Assembly (NCBI GenBank): GCA_016906335.1
Contig: JADEYG010000007.1
Location: forward strand, 2,480,001 to 2,544,000
Source: Novakomyces olei
Lineage: Eukaryota
Direction: 5' to 3'
Length of the DNA: 64,000 nt
Made by a program: the position numbers and the translations under genes. The notes beneath the pieces were generated by a model, which had not been told where the DNA came from, made no database searches, and worked only from the letters and a program-made list of their open reading frames with translations. Below are positions 39,954 to 52,105 of the stretch, piece by piece; within the stretch, counting starts at the first letter, position 1, and each line of letters opens with the position of its first letter.

Positions 39954-40776
39954 ATGAAAATGAAAACAAAATCAATAATTGCGCCGCTTATTATTGTTAT
40001 TGAGGCAAGCTCAGTGGCTGCCAGCTCTCTTATTGAACCTGATGTTAAAAACATAAGTTTTGAAACACCAATGATGATGAATTTTTTTTCAGTTTAATAG
40101 TATGCAAAGCTATAGGGACGCTCCTGATCACGGCCTGTTTTCTCTAGGCTTTTATTACCCCTATGTTCCGCTTCCAATGCCTTTGCCTTGGTCAGAAGCA
40201 GGCTACAGATCAAATTTTCACAATAATCTTCTGGTCGACAGTATTACTCTTAAATTGGACACGCGTACAAGCGACAAATCTAAGCGCCTTGCTCGTGATC
40301 TTTGCTCTGATTTACATTATAAACGCGGTCTAGCCTTTGATGAGGGGACATTCGACAGGTGCCACGGCCATGGTGACGATTTCTTGGCAGTTTACTATTA
40401 CTGCTGCAAGGCGGTGTACGATAGAGGATACAAAGCCGCTATGCATAAGCATAGTGCAATGAGTAAAAAATTACGGAAAGGCACCAAGGACCAGATGAGG
40501 GAAATACTGTCGACTTCGCAGATAAAAATATTCAATAAAACCAAATCAATTTGCTTGGAGGCCAAACTAGCTCTCGACTTTACGTGCACTTTGCGCGCTT
40601 TGTCAAACAGTTGTATTTCAGTCTCTATGGAGCTTAGTGATGAGCCAGCATACAAAAGTTTAAAAGCGTTTACGAGCAATGTCGATATTCCTTCTCTCTA
40701 CGAATGCTATTATGCCGGCCCACAGGAGCCGAGTAATGCAGCAAAATGCTGTCTGAAGCAAAGCATTTTTAAATGA
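39954..40776 (+). CDS. Orphan secreted cysteine-rich protein, interrupted by a +1 frameshift or a weak 49-nt intron
   Basis: A signal-peptide-like MKMKTKSIIAPLIIVIEASSVAA from 39954 ends at a TAA near 40097. The 224-aa ORF at 40102-40776 (10 Cys) is in the +1 frame. The two join by removing one T from the T8 run at 40082-40089 or by splicing 40044-40092. Confidence 0.6.
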
Positions 40777-42054
40777 CTGAACAAGATGGGGAGACAATTG
40801 ATAGCAATTAAAATGGATAAAATAAATGGATAAATCCACTTTTAATCCTTATTGGAGTTGCGACTACCTTAAAGTTATGATACCTTAAACAACAAATAAA
40901 AAGAAAGCAGTGAAGACTTGTATGGCTTGGCTGAGACAAAGGAGGTGTGGAAGACCATACATATTTATGGGCTATACAACAGTTGTTGGCGTATTATAGA
41001 ATATAGAATACTCATTTTAAGGTCTCTATTTATTTCATTCAGTACAGAAAACCGCTATCACACATAGACACATCACAACCATCGGCAAAACTGGACTGCC
41101 AATGAGCGACGATAAGCGCTATCGCAAAACATCATACATCCGTAAAAGCGCTTTACTCCTTTCGTTTATGTTTGGGTAAAAGCTTTGGCCTTTAGTTGAT
41201 CTATTGCTTATATTAATTTAATTGATTGTCAGGTCACGTGATGCCTTATATCACTGCCGAGATTAACCCCAAAATGGAAGCACCCTATGTAACGGTCATT
41301 GCGCGTGTTCTTACAATCGAAGCATCGGGCGGCATGTCGAGAATTCTTTATGCCTTTTTAACATAAAAAGCAATATTAATAACAATATTAAATAGCAAGG
41401 AATTAAAGCAAAACGTGTCCAGTTTTTCCTAGTACCTTTCTAAATGGACACGTCAATTGTTGTGCAAAGGCAAACAACGCAAGATACTTCCAATTCTAAT
41501 GTAAAACAGCGAACAAACGATCAAAGACATTTAAAAAATGGTTCCAGCTTCCATTGCTCTTTTTAGCTCTGTCTAGCAAGCAAGACCCGCGATTGTTCAC
41601 CTTTCTTGATGTATTGGATAAACTGCTTTAGTACTATATTCGGAAAATAAAACAAAGAGGCCAAACTTAACAAAGACTCTGAGTCTAAGTCACGAGAATC
41701 TAATCTTTACAAATGAAAAGACTTGTAAATAAAGACATCGTACATTTATTTAATGGTTCTCTTTCAATCGGTATTTTGTTTTCCGTTTATGATTTTCGTC
41801 TTCAATTTTTATCCCCTTAATTACCCATATTCGTTAACAATGAGCGCAAGATGAAAATACGAAAAGGACCATAACGAACAAAGAACAAGCAGCACAGGAG
41901 TATAAACCAAGTCAACAAGAGTTCCACTAAGAAAATCAAACATCGAAAAGATTAGAATTAATCTTTAAATAAGCCAAATTTCTATCAGAGGGAAACATTC
42001 TTCAAGACCATTTTTTTATTTTATTTTATTTTATTCAAATTCGAGGCAATTATA

Positions 42055-44023
42055 ATGTTTTACGCGTTAGAACTGTTATCACGACCCAACGCGTTGGGTC
42101 TGGCGTGGTACGTGACAGCGTTGGCAATTGCCAGATAAACCAATAGGAACTAGGCTGCAGACAATCACTCAAACTAACTCTAGGCTAACGGCAACGCTCG
42201 GCCCGAAAACAGGAAGCCCGCAACATATAACGCGAAGGCAATACGTACGCGCTAATATTATGAGCATGTGCCAAGCTGTGCTCGGTACACCGATGCCTTT
42301 TGCTGTTCGCTTAATGGCATTGTTACTACTCGGTATCGTTCGTATCTACGCACAACAGTGCAATGCTCTTTTCGACGACGCTTCCATCCTGCAAATCAGG
42401 CTTAAACGCACAAACGCGATTGTTTCAGCAGTAAAAAACCGACCGAATATTGTCCGCTATTCCAGGAAGAAAATAACGATGCAAGAAAATCCAGTCTGGA
42501 GTCCTCAAATGCCTTCTTTTCCGGAAAAAACTACAAAACATAATGTGGACATGGACGCTCTTTACAGCGACTATTCTTCCTTTTGCCTTTCCTCTTCTTC
42601 GCCGTTCAACTCTTCGGATCCTGTTCCGTCTTCACCTGTCAGTGGATTCGAGCCTGCGATAGCACTCGACGATTCTCCGTCTTTGAATCGGCATGGCCCA
42701 CATCACGATATAACACTAGACGCAAATAATGACCAGCTTGTTGATTTATTGTATGACGACACGGGTATGCTCAGACAGTCTTCCGTATCGCCTTTGCCAT
42801 TTGATGACAATTACCTGGAGGCAGACGACGGTAAAGAGAAACGAGACAGTCTCATTGCGACTCAAACGGCCACAAGTTCTGGGCCCAATCTTGTGTTTAA
42901 GATTCCCGTAGCAGAGCAAGAAGGCTCTGACGAATTCGAAGTGTCTGAACTCCCAGTTCAAACGCCATTGGTAAGTAAAAAGAGAAGAAAGTACACTTCG
43001 AAACCAGTTTGGGACCAAGTACGAGAGCTTCCACGACAGTCTCTCGCCGAGCTGCAGGAGTCTTATAAGCTGCAAATGGAACAATCAGTCCTGCAAAAGA
43101 GACAGAGGGGTCTAATGCAAAAATACGGCAATCATCAGGCTTGCAGTACTGATCACAAGGCTCTAGCAGAGCCATTGAACCGGCTCTTCTCCGCAGAAAA
43201 TGTACCGGAAAGATCGCTAATTTTTCCCAATGATGACGTATGCTGAAGGTTTGAAAACACAAGTCAAAACGGTTACAAAAGAATTGCACATATATACCAT
43301 TAGCTTGGCACTAACGACTAGATTGAAGAAGGCCGCAGAGCTGCCAGTGAGGCCCTTTATTCAGACACACTATCCACGCTCTTACCATGGAACATCCCAC
43401 CATCAACAGACGCAATGAGCCCCACCTCCTCGGTGGGTAGAGGTTTGGGAGCTCAGCTTGATCCGTACGTTTCGTTTGATGAGCAGCAAATCAATAGCCC
43501 GCTTCTGCAGTTTCAGAGTCCCACGCCTTCAAGCAGCCGCTCTAGTCACAGTTCTCGGACGATGTCAATAGCTCGAAGGCCTGTAGATATAGAAGGATGG
43601 CAGCAGAAAAGGCGTATTGAAGTCGTGCACGAAGAGCACGAAACAGTGCACGATTTTGTGCAGGATCCGGCAAAGCATTTTCAAGGATTTACGGAAGAAA
43701 ATAGAGACGATCCATCAATTGCTGGCGACTGTTATGAAGGAGAGGTGAGGCAAAACAGTGTTTTGAAAGATCAAGAATCAGAAACGGCAAAATTGCTGCA
43801 AGAAGAGGTGAACTTTATGCGATATATACAGACAAAACAGCAAAGCACAGGTCTAGAGGTTGAGGCTCTTCAGTTCAAAGACCTTTTAGCCTCTCAGCTG
43901 CAAGGACTGCAGTCCGTAGTCGCGGCGAAGGCTTTCAGTCTTGTTCTGAATTTGGCAGACAAAGGCATGGTACGGCTTCAGCAGGAAAAGGCGTATGGAC
44001 CCATAAGTATATGGGTCAGATAG
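42055..44023 (+). CDS. REC8: Meiotic kleisin cohesin subunit Rec8, 3 exons
   Basis: Rad21/Rec8 N-terminus MFY..ELLS....LGLAW|LTATLG...ALLLLGIVRIY.QQ, a separase-like site D|IEEGRR, and a winged-helix C-terminus AAKAF..VL.LA.KG.V.L.QEKAYGPI. Introns at 42108-42183 and 43238-43321. Confidence 0.9.
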
Positions 44024-44350
44024 CGCTAGTAAGGAGTTTAAAGTAGTTGAAAGTATCTTTTGCATGTAAATTTTGCCATTGATCTAGCAAAATAATTAAG
44101 CTCTCGTAAAACCAGAAATTCAGGATGCTCGTACAGTGCAAAAGACAATAAAAGATGAACAATAGGCTGCCGTGCTATTATAATACTTGCCTTTCGCCAT
44201 CGAAGAATTAAGAGGAGAATTAGAGGTCAAACAAGACAATCTCAAGTCAAGTTGAGAATTAGAAGCAAGCTTCGTCGAAGATGCTCAAGGCGCTTTCTAA
44301 TGTGGCATTTACCTCTGTGTAAGCCATCAGAACCTGCTGGACAAATGTAT

Positions 44351-44726
44351 CTACTTTATTCGCATAAAAGTAGCCTCCAAGTTATCCAGCCGGTTTGTCA
44401 TTGATTGCACAATAGACCCAACAGCGGCAATTCTGTCCAGCTCAAGTTCGATATCATCACAGCGGGCTATTTCCTTCTCCAAAGCTCGACGCTTCAATTC
44501 GAGGTGCTTTGCTGCCGTTGAAGCCTGACTCTCTACGTCTCGACAAAAATCTAATTTGACCTGTGCGTGCTATCTTGAGTTAGGATTTGTGCAATATTGG
44601 AAATAGGAAGAGTCTTACCTCTGACATTTCACGACTCAATCGATTCAGAGTTTCATCCGTTGCTGCAGCGAGGTTATTTATGTCTTTTGCAATGTTTAAC
44701 AAGTGATCGTTGATGTCAATCTCCAT
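44351..44726 (-). CDS. Small 108-aa coiled-coil protein (possibly a BLOC-1-like subunit), 2 exons; absent from the ORF track
   Basis: Exons 44726-44619 and 44569-44351, joined by a GTAAGA...CCTAAC...TAG intron, give MEIDINDHLLNIAKD...CDDIELELDRIAAVGSIVQSMTNRLDNLEATFMRIK. Confidence 0.7.
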
Positions 44727-46151
44727 TTCTGGCACTATCAATAGTATCAATAATTATTGAAGCCCTCTCCACAAGTCTTGTAAGCTCAATGATAAACTAT
44801 TGAGGTCACAGACTGCAATTGATTCGTCCACACAAACACTGTTTGTAGAGAGCAGATGCCGAACGCGACTTATATCAGTCACAAAATAATAGGATCACCA
44901 GGAAACCATATAATAATAGCGATGTATTTAATCTCTATATTGGAAAATAGACAAATAAATACTGGAAATTTGTATACACGGGGCCCGTGGTACTATGACC
45001 CCCGCAAATATGATAAACACGAAATGGTGAGCGGGTCTAGCTTTAATCCGCATTCTTTTGACATTGGACTTGACTACCTTGTGGGTTCTAATGTCTATCC
45101 AATATTGAATAAAGACAAAATGCAAAAAAATCATGCACAAATTGTATCGAGTTAATAGATATTTCTGATTCAAATAGATATCTCTGAAATCATATGAACA
45201 CGGGGGTGCGATCAAATCCTTTAGCATAATCATAAACAAGAATTTCTTCCAACTATGAACATATTGCAACTCCGAAAAATGAAATAAGCGGTAGCCTCAT
45301 AAAATGAAAAACTCCAGAGGGTATTTTGGCAAAGGCGGCCGTGATGCAGGGAAAGTAGGGGAAGAGACCGATCAAGAAGAATATTATAGAAGAATTAGCA
45401 ACTCGATGCCGCAATCATTAATCAGGAATAAAGCATATACAAGTTTAGATGTATGCGCGTATCACGAGTCGTTGTATGAGCAGATTATATGGCAAGCATC
45501 AAACAAGCTTGCAATAATTCAGCCAAAGACTTTAGAATTTGTTTGAGAATAACTGCAAACAGCGCCTCATACACAAACCAAATGACAAACGCCACTTGTT
45601 TCATGTTAAAATGGGCACCACTCGTAGCTGGTGTTTCAAATACCCATCCATGTCCTTACAGCGCAGTCTCGAGAAAGCCATGTTTCGGTGCATCAGCCTG
45701 TCCCACTGAACACACAAATTAGCGGCATCAAAGCAGTCTGTTACTTGATGAAAATTAGGATTTTTTAATTGTTTGGAAATCCGGTCGGCATCAAAAGACT
45801 TGGACTTTGATCCCGCGCCAAAATTTATGCCCCAGATTGCCCACATAAAGGGCACAAACCGGAATTTAGCAGCTTTGCAATGCTCTTATGGAGCCAATGA
45901 TGCTAATATCTTAGATAATTTATATCTTCAAGATAAAACCATTTCAAGCAGTATTACATAATCTGTGCATTAAAGGCAATCTGACAAACATCCAAGTAAT
46001 AGGATTCGGTTTATAGTGTTTATTTTGAATAATAAGACTGATTATTTTGCGAGTTGAATAAAAGACAAGAAAATAAATAAAATGCGATAATAAAAATAAG
46101 AGAATAAAAAAATAAAGGAAAGCAAGCTGCTTTTCGTCAGACAAGAGGGGA

Positions 46152-47766
46152 ATGAGGTGGCCGTGGCGATGGCCTCCTTTGTTGTCAACTGGACCAGGGC
46201 ATATATTACACTTGAATCGTAAGGGCTATGTCCAACTTTCACGGCCTTTGGATCGTTTAATATGGTGCAAAGGCTCGATTCGTTCCTTTTCAGCAATCCG
46301 CGCAACGAAACAACAGGTTAAACAAGCGCAGCAACAGAAGCACGAGTCTGATGATCAGCCGCGTACAATGCCGGCAATTCCTACACTACAGGCAGTGCCC
46401 CCAAGAGCGGGACAGTCGCCTTCTATTATAGATCTCGATTTATGGGACGGTCAAGTCAATCGCGATCATTTGTATCAGCGCAGCCTTTTAGGCAAAAATC
46501 AAATGCGTATCCGCTGTAAGTTTCTTTTGATTATACTTTTAAATTCTGATTGGAAGGTACGGAACTTGATAGCCAAGGTAACGTCAAAATGGTGGCAGGC
46601 GAGTTCAAACGATCGGAATTATGTACAAAGGTACGATCAAGCGCTCTTTTTTCAATTCATTTCTATATTTTATATTTGCGAGCTTGTTTCTGATACTCCC
46701 AGCACGGTTTATTGCCACGAGATCTTCGGAAGATTGATACTGGGGCTAACGATTTTGTGCCCTCTATTCTTGTGCGGCAAAATTCGATTCTGATAAACTT
46801 ACTTCATATCAGGGCGCTTATCAAATGCGATATGATGCTGCTCTTTGATGCATATAATGCTGCAGATAGCCATACACAGAGCGTTTTTATATATGATCTG
46901 GAAGGCAAGCTTCGGCAAAATGCAAAATCGACGGGAGGCTTGCCCTACGAAATGCGTGCATTAGAAGCAATTCTTATTAGTGTTGTATCTGCACTTGATG
47001 CAGAAATGAATGTGCTGGAAGAGCTTGTGTCTAAATTACTACGTGATTTGGAACAACACGTTAACTCTGACAGACTCAGGCAGCTTCTAATTTATGATAA
47101 AAAACTCAGTGCCTTCGAGAAAAAAGCTGCTCTTATACGCAACGTCCTCGATGAAACGCTGGATAATGACGATGATTTATCGGCCATGTATCTCACAGAA
47201 AAATCACAAGGACATGAACGGCCCAATGATCAGCATGAGGAAATTGAGCTCTTATTTGAATCATACCTCAAACAGACGGATGAAATTGTTCAAACTGCGG
47301 ACAATTTGGCAAATAACATTAAGAGTACGCGGGAAATTTTAAACATTATTCTGGATGCACAGCGTAATTCGCTCATGCTATTCACTATAAAGGTATGATT
47401 TCGTTCACGCAGGCCTTAAACGGCTTTGACAATCTTTTTTTTGAAATTTTTATTTGTAAAGTATTAATTTTTTGTTTTTGCTCAATTTAACAAATCAAGA
47501 TTTCTTTAGCATCAATGGGTATTGGTGCAGGAGCACTAGTAGGCGCATTGTTCGGCATGAATTTGAAAAATTATTTTGAAGAGTCCGATATTGCATTCTT
47601 CCTAACAACTACAAGTGTTCTTGGGCTCACGTCAATAATAATCGCATTCGGAATCCGCTTAATCAACAGGAAGCAGCGAATAGGCATGTGGCGAGGGGTC
47701 AACTATAACCTGTCCAATTTACAAAGAGCAAGATTCAAGGCGTCCAAGTATGATGAAGTTGAATGA
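46152..47766 (+). CDS. MRS2: Mitochondrial CorA-family Mg2+ channel (Mrs2/Lpe10), 4 exons
   Basis: Presequence-like N-terminus, then IR|CTELD.QGNV, HGLLPRDLRKID, LPYEMRALEA, ILDAQRNSLM and the LFGMN signature. Confidence 0.93.
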
Positions 47767-48072
47767 GAATGCTTATTTTTTTCCAAGGCTCAGGCAAGTG
47801 CCCGGCTAACTTGCTGAGGGCGATTAGGAATTCAAGTAATATGCTGTCTGTTCTTCTTATTATGATGCGCGATTAAAACCAAGTTTTTATGCTTAATCGG
47901 TCTGTTTGAAATGAGGAGAGTATGCTATTTTTGATATTTATTAGACCCCAATTCAGTTTAAAAACAAGCGTGTTCGCTTATTTTCAGATAAATGAAGCGT
48001 CAAAGTCTTTATATACGTTTGTCTGGTCCAACCCATAACTCTTATTTTATGTGTTTGCTAATGGCTGCTTGA

Positions 48073-49203
48073 TCACCATCCCGAATGTATCAGGGTTTGA
48101 TGAGAAACGTATTGAGAATTCGTTGGGTTCCTCGCAAAACTCAAATGGTTGCCGGATGAGTTTGTCTTATTGTGGCCATAATCAATTTCATTATTTCCTT
48201 CCTTTTTGCCCGCCTCATCTTTGCTTTTGTCCTCATTACTATATTTCTCTGCATCACGCACTTTTTTGCTCTCTTCTTTCTCCTTCATTGTGTGCCAGCA
48301 TTGCTTTATGTAAACTGTCACTACAGGCTCACTGTCCTCAAACTGTGTGACGGCTTCACACTCGCAAGTACTTGGGCATTTCACGCCAGGGGATATGCAC
48401 ATTTGGTCCTCAGCGCATCTGTATCTGGGCGGGTTTTCAAGATCAATACAAACCTGACCGCCGTCACAGAGAGCCGTCTGTGGTGGTGGAGGAGTAATAA
48501 TATTTCCAGATTCAATCTGCCCAGGCTTATATTGATCATTCGGGTCTTTGCCCTGATCGGAATCAGTGTGGGAGTTTGCTGAAGTCGCGGGATAAATTGA
48601 ATCTGCTATTACTGGTGTGTTTTCAGTATGATCTAATCCAGTAGCGGTATGCGTTATGATAACCGTGCGGGTTAAAGTAGACGTTGATTGCTTATGCGGA
48701 ATTTGCGATTTTATTATAGCGTCTTTATGATCACCGATTATTTCAGGAATGGCCGTGCCGCTTCCATATTGCTCATTTGTACCTGCTGACGCGGAAACAG
48801 GCAAACTGATTGTACTGCTTACGTTGTTGCGAAGCCTTGTGACGATACTGAAAGGGTCTGATTGAGCCAAAATGGTTTTTGACGCGTTTTGGTGGCCGAT
48901 AACATTGATTCGGTATCCGTCGCGAGGAATAATCGTGAAATTTCCAGCTGTTAAACTGCTCGCTATAGCGTGGCCGGCTTTAATATTGACGCTATCGGCC
49001 AATTCGATAGAATAAGTTTGATTAAATCCGGGGTTTATTAATGATAACGAGACTTTGTCGGGGTCTGAGTTCTGCTGTTGATCCCATTCAATGCCAAACT
49101 CTGAGCCCAGCTCGATTTGCTGGCCGCCAAATGGTTTGAGTACACGGAGTGCACAGGAGATATTGGATACGCAGGCAAGGGCCAGCAAGTGGTGGAGCTG
49201 CAT
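48073..49203 (-). CDS. Secreted Ser/Thr-rich cell-surface protein with a Kre9/Knh1-N-like (PF10342-type) domain and a Cys-rich module
   Basis: Signal peptide, a VLKP...IEW...SL.L.N...GYRIN...ILAQSDPFSI domain, a Thr/Ser-rich region and a six-Cys cluster. There is no hydrophobic C-terminus. Confidence 0.75.
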   Translation of the reverse strand: MQLHHLLALACVSNISCALRVLKPFGGQQIELGSEFGIEWDQQQNSDPDKVSLSLINPGFNQTYSIELADSVNIKAGHAIASSLTAGNFTIIPRDGYRINVIGHQNASKTILAQSDPFSIVTRLRNNVSSTISLPVSASAGTNEQYGSGTAIPEIIGDHKDAIIKSQIPHKQSTSTLTRTVIITHTATGLDHTENTPVIADSIYPATSANSHTDSDQGKDPNDQYKPGQIESGNIITPPPPQTALCDGGQVCIDLENPPRYRCAEDQMCISPGVKCPSTCECEAVTQFEDSEPVVTVYIKQCWHTMKEKEESKKVRDAEKYSNEDKSKDEAGKKEGNNEIDYGHNKTNSSGNHLSFARNPTNSQYVSHQTLIHSGW

Positions 49204-50965
49204 AGTTAAATGATACGTGTGAGCTTCTGCTTTATCAGGTTAATGAAGCTTTCGGATTTTGTATTTGTATTTTTTTTTTAATTTTTTATTTATTTTATTT
49301 AGGTGCTTGCTAATTTTACCTTTTTTGTTTTTCAAGTTTTAGTTTTTGTGCTCGTTCAAAGAGTGGAAAAGGCGTTAAGGATTCATTAATATAATATAAA
49401 TTTGGAATCACGATAATCAATTTAACCGGTATAGACCTCTTTCTCATCTTTAGCGCCAGTGAAGAATTCGATGGCCAAATGACCCCTCGGAAAATAACTC
49501 CTTTTACAGGTGCCTGCTGCTTCTTTTTTTCCCCTCCTCCCTAATTATTGGCCCAAGGAATGTACGCGCTTGTTTCTGCAACCGTAAGAGCTAAGAGCAA
49601 TAAAATAAGACAGTTAGGCAAGAATAAGTTCATGATTGTAAAAATAAAGAGGAATGTGCGCATCTTGTTTGTGAAAATCACCATAAATTTGTCCGGTTTA
49701 TCAAGCAATTGATCGACTCTTTATTGTGAATTTGGATATGACTACGATATGACCTCGTCGTGAGGGGAATTGTTTACATACGGAAGAAAGGCGTTCAGTC
49801 ATACTACCATTGGCCTAGTGCGAAAGTGCATTTTTGAGGTAATTATGTATAAAATTGAGATACGATTTGGGTCCTGGTTCGTTTTCATTGTGCATGAATA
49901 TGCACATCATGTTGAAACTGCAATAAAAAACAGAAAAATAAAACTAGTAAAACTAGTAAAACAAATAAAACAGATAAAACTAATAAAAAATGAAGAAAAT
50001 AGAGAAAAAGAAGAAACGAAAGCAGCGATTAAGAAGTTCAGCAGTGTCTGTACGCTTAGTATACCAGTCAAGGCTGAGCATAGTTGTATTACATCGAGCC
50101 GTGTAAATCGCCAATGCAACATGCTAATATGGCTATTACGGGGCGAAAAGCCTTCATTGGCAGTTTGCTGAATTAATCATTTTTCAAGATAATTTTCACA
50201 TATAAAGCGGCACTATTGTGTATATAACGGCAAAAGGTGTGTAGACGGCCCACGTATCATATAGAGCGATCATATAAAGCGATAAAGGCGACTATAATAT
50301 GGTAATAATTATGATAATAAAATATTGGCACATTATATTATCTAAAGACGTAATGGACGAGGCCGTGCCTGTACTGAACCGCGTTCAGGTGCCTTTGCGG
50401 GCCTTTATGCGGCAGACAATACTGCCGCAAAGGGCCGCAGCTGCTCAGAGAAATATGGCTCAATTGAAAAAACGCCCCACTTGACCACATGACTCCAGGC
50501 GTATCACGTGTCTTCCTTTTCCGGCCTGCTCGTGCCTTTATTGTATGAGGACATTGAGGCCGTTTGACGAAATGCCCTCAGCTGCATGAAGAGGGGGTCA
50601 AAATGGCCTCTTGTATCTCTTGAACAAGCATAAATACCGGGCCTGTCCCCAAATTCGCCTTCCACAAACCAATTACCTGTCTGCTCTGCTCAGTTCTTTT
50701 TGTGACAACAACATTGACCTAGTTTGCGACTCGATCTGCCCTCTACTTTCAGCTATTACTTTTAGCTATTACTTTTAGCTATTACTTCTAGCTCTTACTG
50801 CCAGTCTTCACTGCCAGCTTTAATCTTGAATTTCTCGACCAAGTTTCTATTTATCTCGTCACTCTGTCGTGGTCGTGATAAATTTAACTGCTCAACTCTA
50901 ACGCTGATCCTTACCACTCTTCGCTCTACTATCAGCACTTACTCAACCGCCTTTGCTAATTCAAG

Positions 50966-52105
50966 ATGCACTGCTCTTTGGCTATCGCAATTCTCTCTGT
51001 CCTGGTCGGACTCTTCTTTGCTCAAGTCCAAAGCTTGAAAATCACTGAATCCGACACGAACCAGGTTTGGGTCCGTGGCACGAACCAGACTATCCATTGG
51101 ACAACAGAGCAAACGGATGCGCACCCCTTCTCCGTTTACCTCATCAACAATGATGAAACGGTGAAATCACCTCAAATTCTTATGCTTGAAAAGGACGTCT
51201 GCCCTTGGCATCACAACGTGTCTGTCACCGTTCCCGACACCGCCAGCCCGGGCGATAACTGGGCCGTTTCTTTCTTCCCGCATCCTGTCGCACAGGGCAA
51301 AGATGCAATCGCTCAGTTTGGGCCAATTAAAGTCTCTGGAGGAGACGACACACCGAGCTTGACGGCCAGCGACGACCGGTACATCACCAGCACAATAACC
51401 AGCCGGGACAAACTGGGCAGTACTGCTCCCACAGTGTTTGTTCACGTGCCTATATACAAGTATTTGACGAGCACGGTGGTGGAAACGACTACCGTGCCGG
51501 CTCAGCTCGACCCTACGCCGACCGCAGACACTGTGGACGCCACGGAAACAGTGACAAAGACACTGGACGAAGACGAATTTACAGTGGAAACGACGACTAT
51601 AAGTCTGCACTCTCGCAGTAATCCAACACCGACAAAAAGTTCGGGTTCGGGTTCGGGTTCGGCTTCTGCGAGTAGCGGTACCATTACCGTGAAAGCAACA
51701 AGAGGGCCTACAAAGACCGCCTCTACTACTCGAATGCCGACTTCCATTGTATCACACGAAGTGTCTGTCAGCTCTTTACTGGGAGCTTATCATCCAGCTT
51801 CGACTTCATTGAGCGAGTCAGACGCTCAACCCTCTGCTTTCAATTCTGGTCCGGCGCCCATTGTTCCGCCGGCTGCAGCTCCGCCACCTCCACCACCACC
51901 AGCGGCAGCAGGCGAGCCAGTGGGTCCGCCTTTGACTCATGCAAAGGCAGTTGAATATAACGTTACGCGTGGAGAAGCGTCTCATCCTTTACACGCTGCC
52001 GAATCAGCGCTTGAAGGTTTCTCAAAATCAGCAGCCTCAAAGCCAAGATTGGGCTATCTTATCCTTGCTTTTGGGTTCTTCATGGGGCTGTTTTTTTGCA
52101 CTTGA
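50966..52105 (+). CDS. GPI-anchored Ser/Thr/Pro-rich cell-wall protein with a Kre9/Knh1-N-like domain
   Basis: Signal peptide, a LKIT...W.RG...TIHW...FSVYL.N...AQ.GPI.V domain, an S/T-rich stalk and a C-terminal SAAS-KPR-LGYLILAFGFFMGLFFCT GPI signal. Confidence 0.85.
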   Translation: MHCSLAIAILSVLVGLFFAQVQSLKITESDTNQVWVRGTNQTIHWTTEQTDAHPFSVYLINNDETVKSPQILMLEKDVCPWHHNVSVTVPDTASPGDNWAVSFFPHPVAQGKDAIAQFGPIKVSGGDDTPSLTASDDRYITSTITSRDKLGSTAPTVFVHVPIYKYLTSTVVETTTVPAQLDPTPTADTVDATETVTKTLDEDEFTVETTTISLHSRSNPTPTKSSGSGSGSASASSGTITVKATRGPTKTASTTRMPTSIVSHEVSVSSLLGAYHPASTSLSESDAQPSAFNSGPAPIVPPAAAPPPPPPPAAAGEPVGPPLTHAKAVEYNVTRGEASHPLHAAESALEGFSKSAASKPRLGYLILAFGFFMGLFFCT

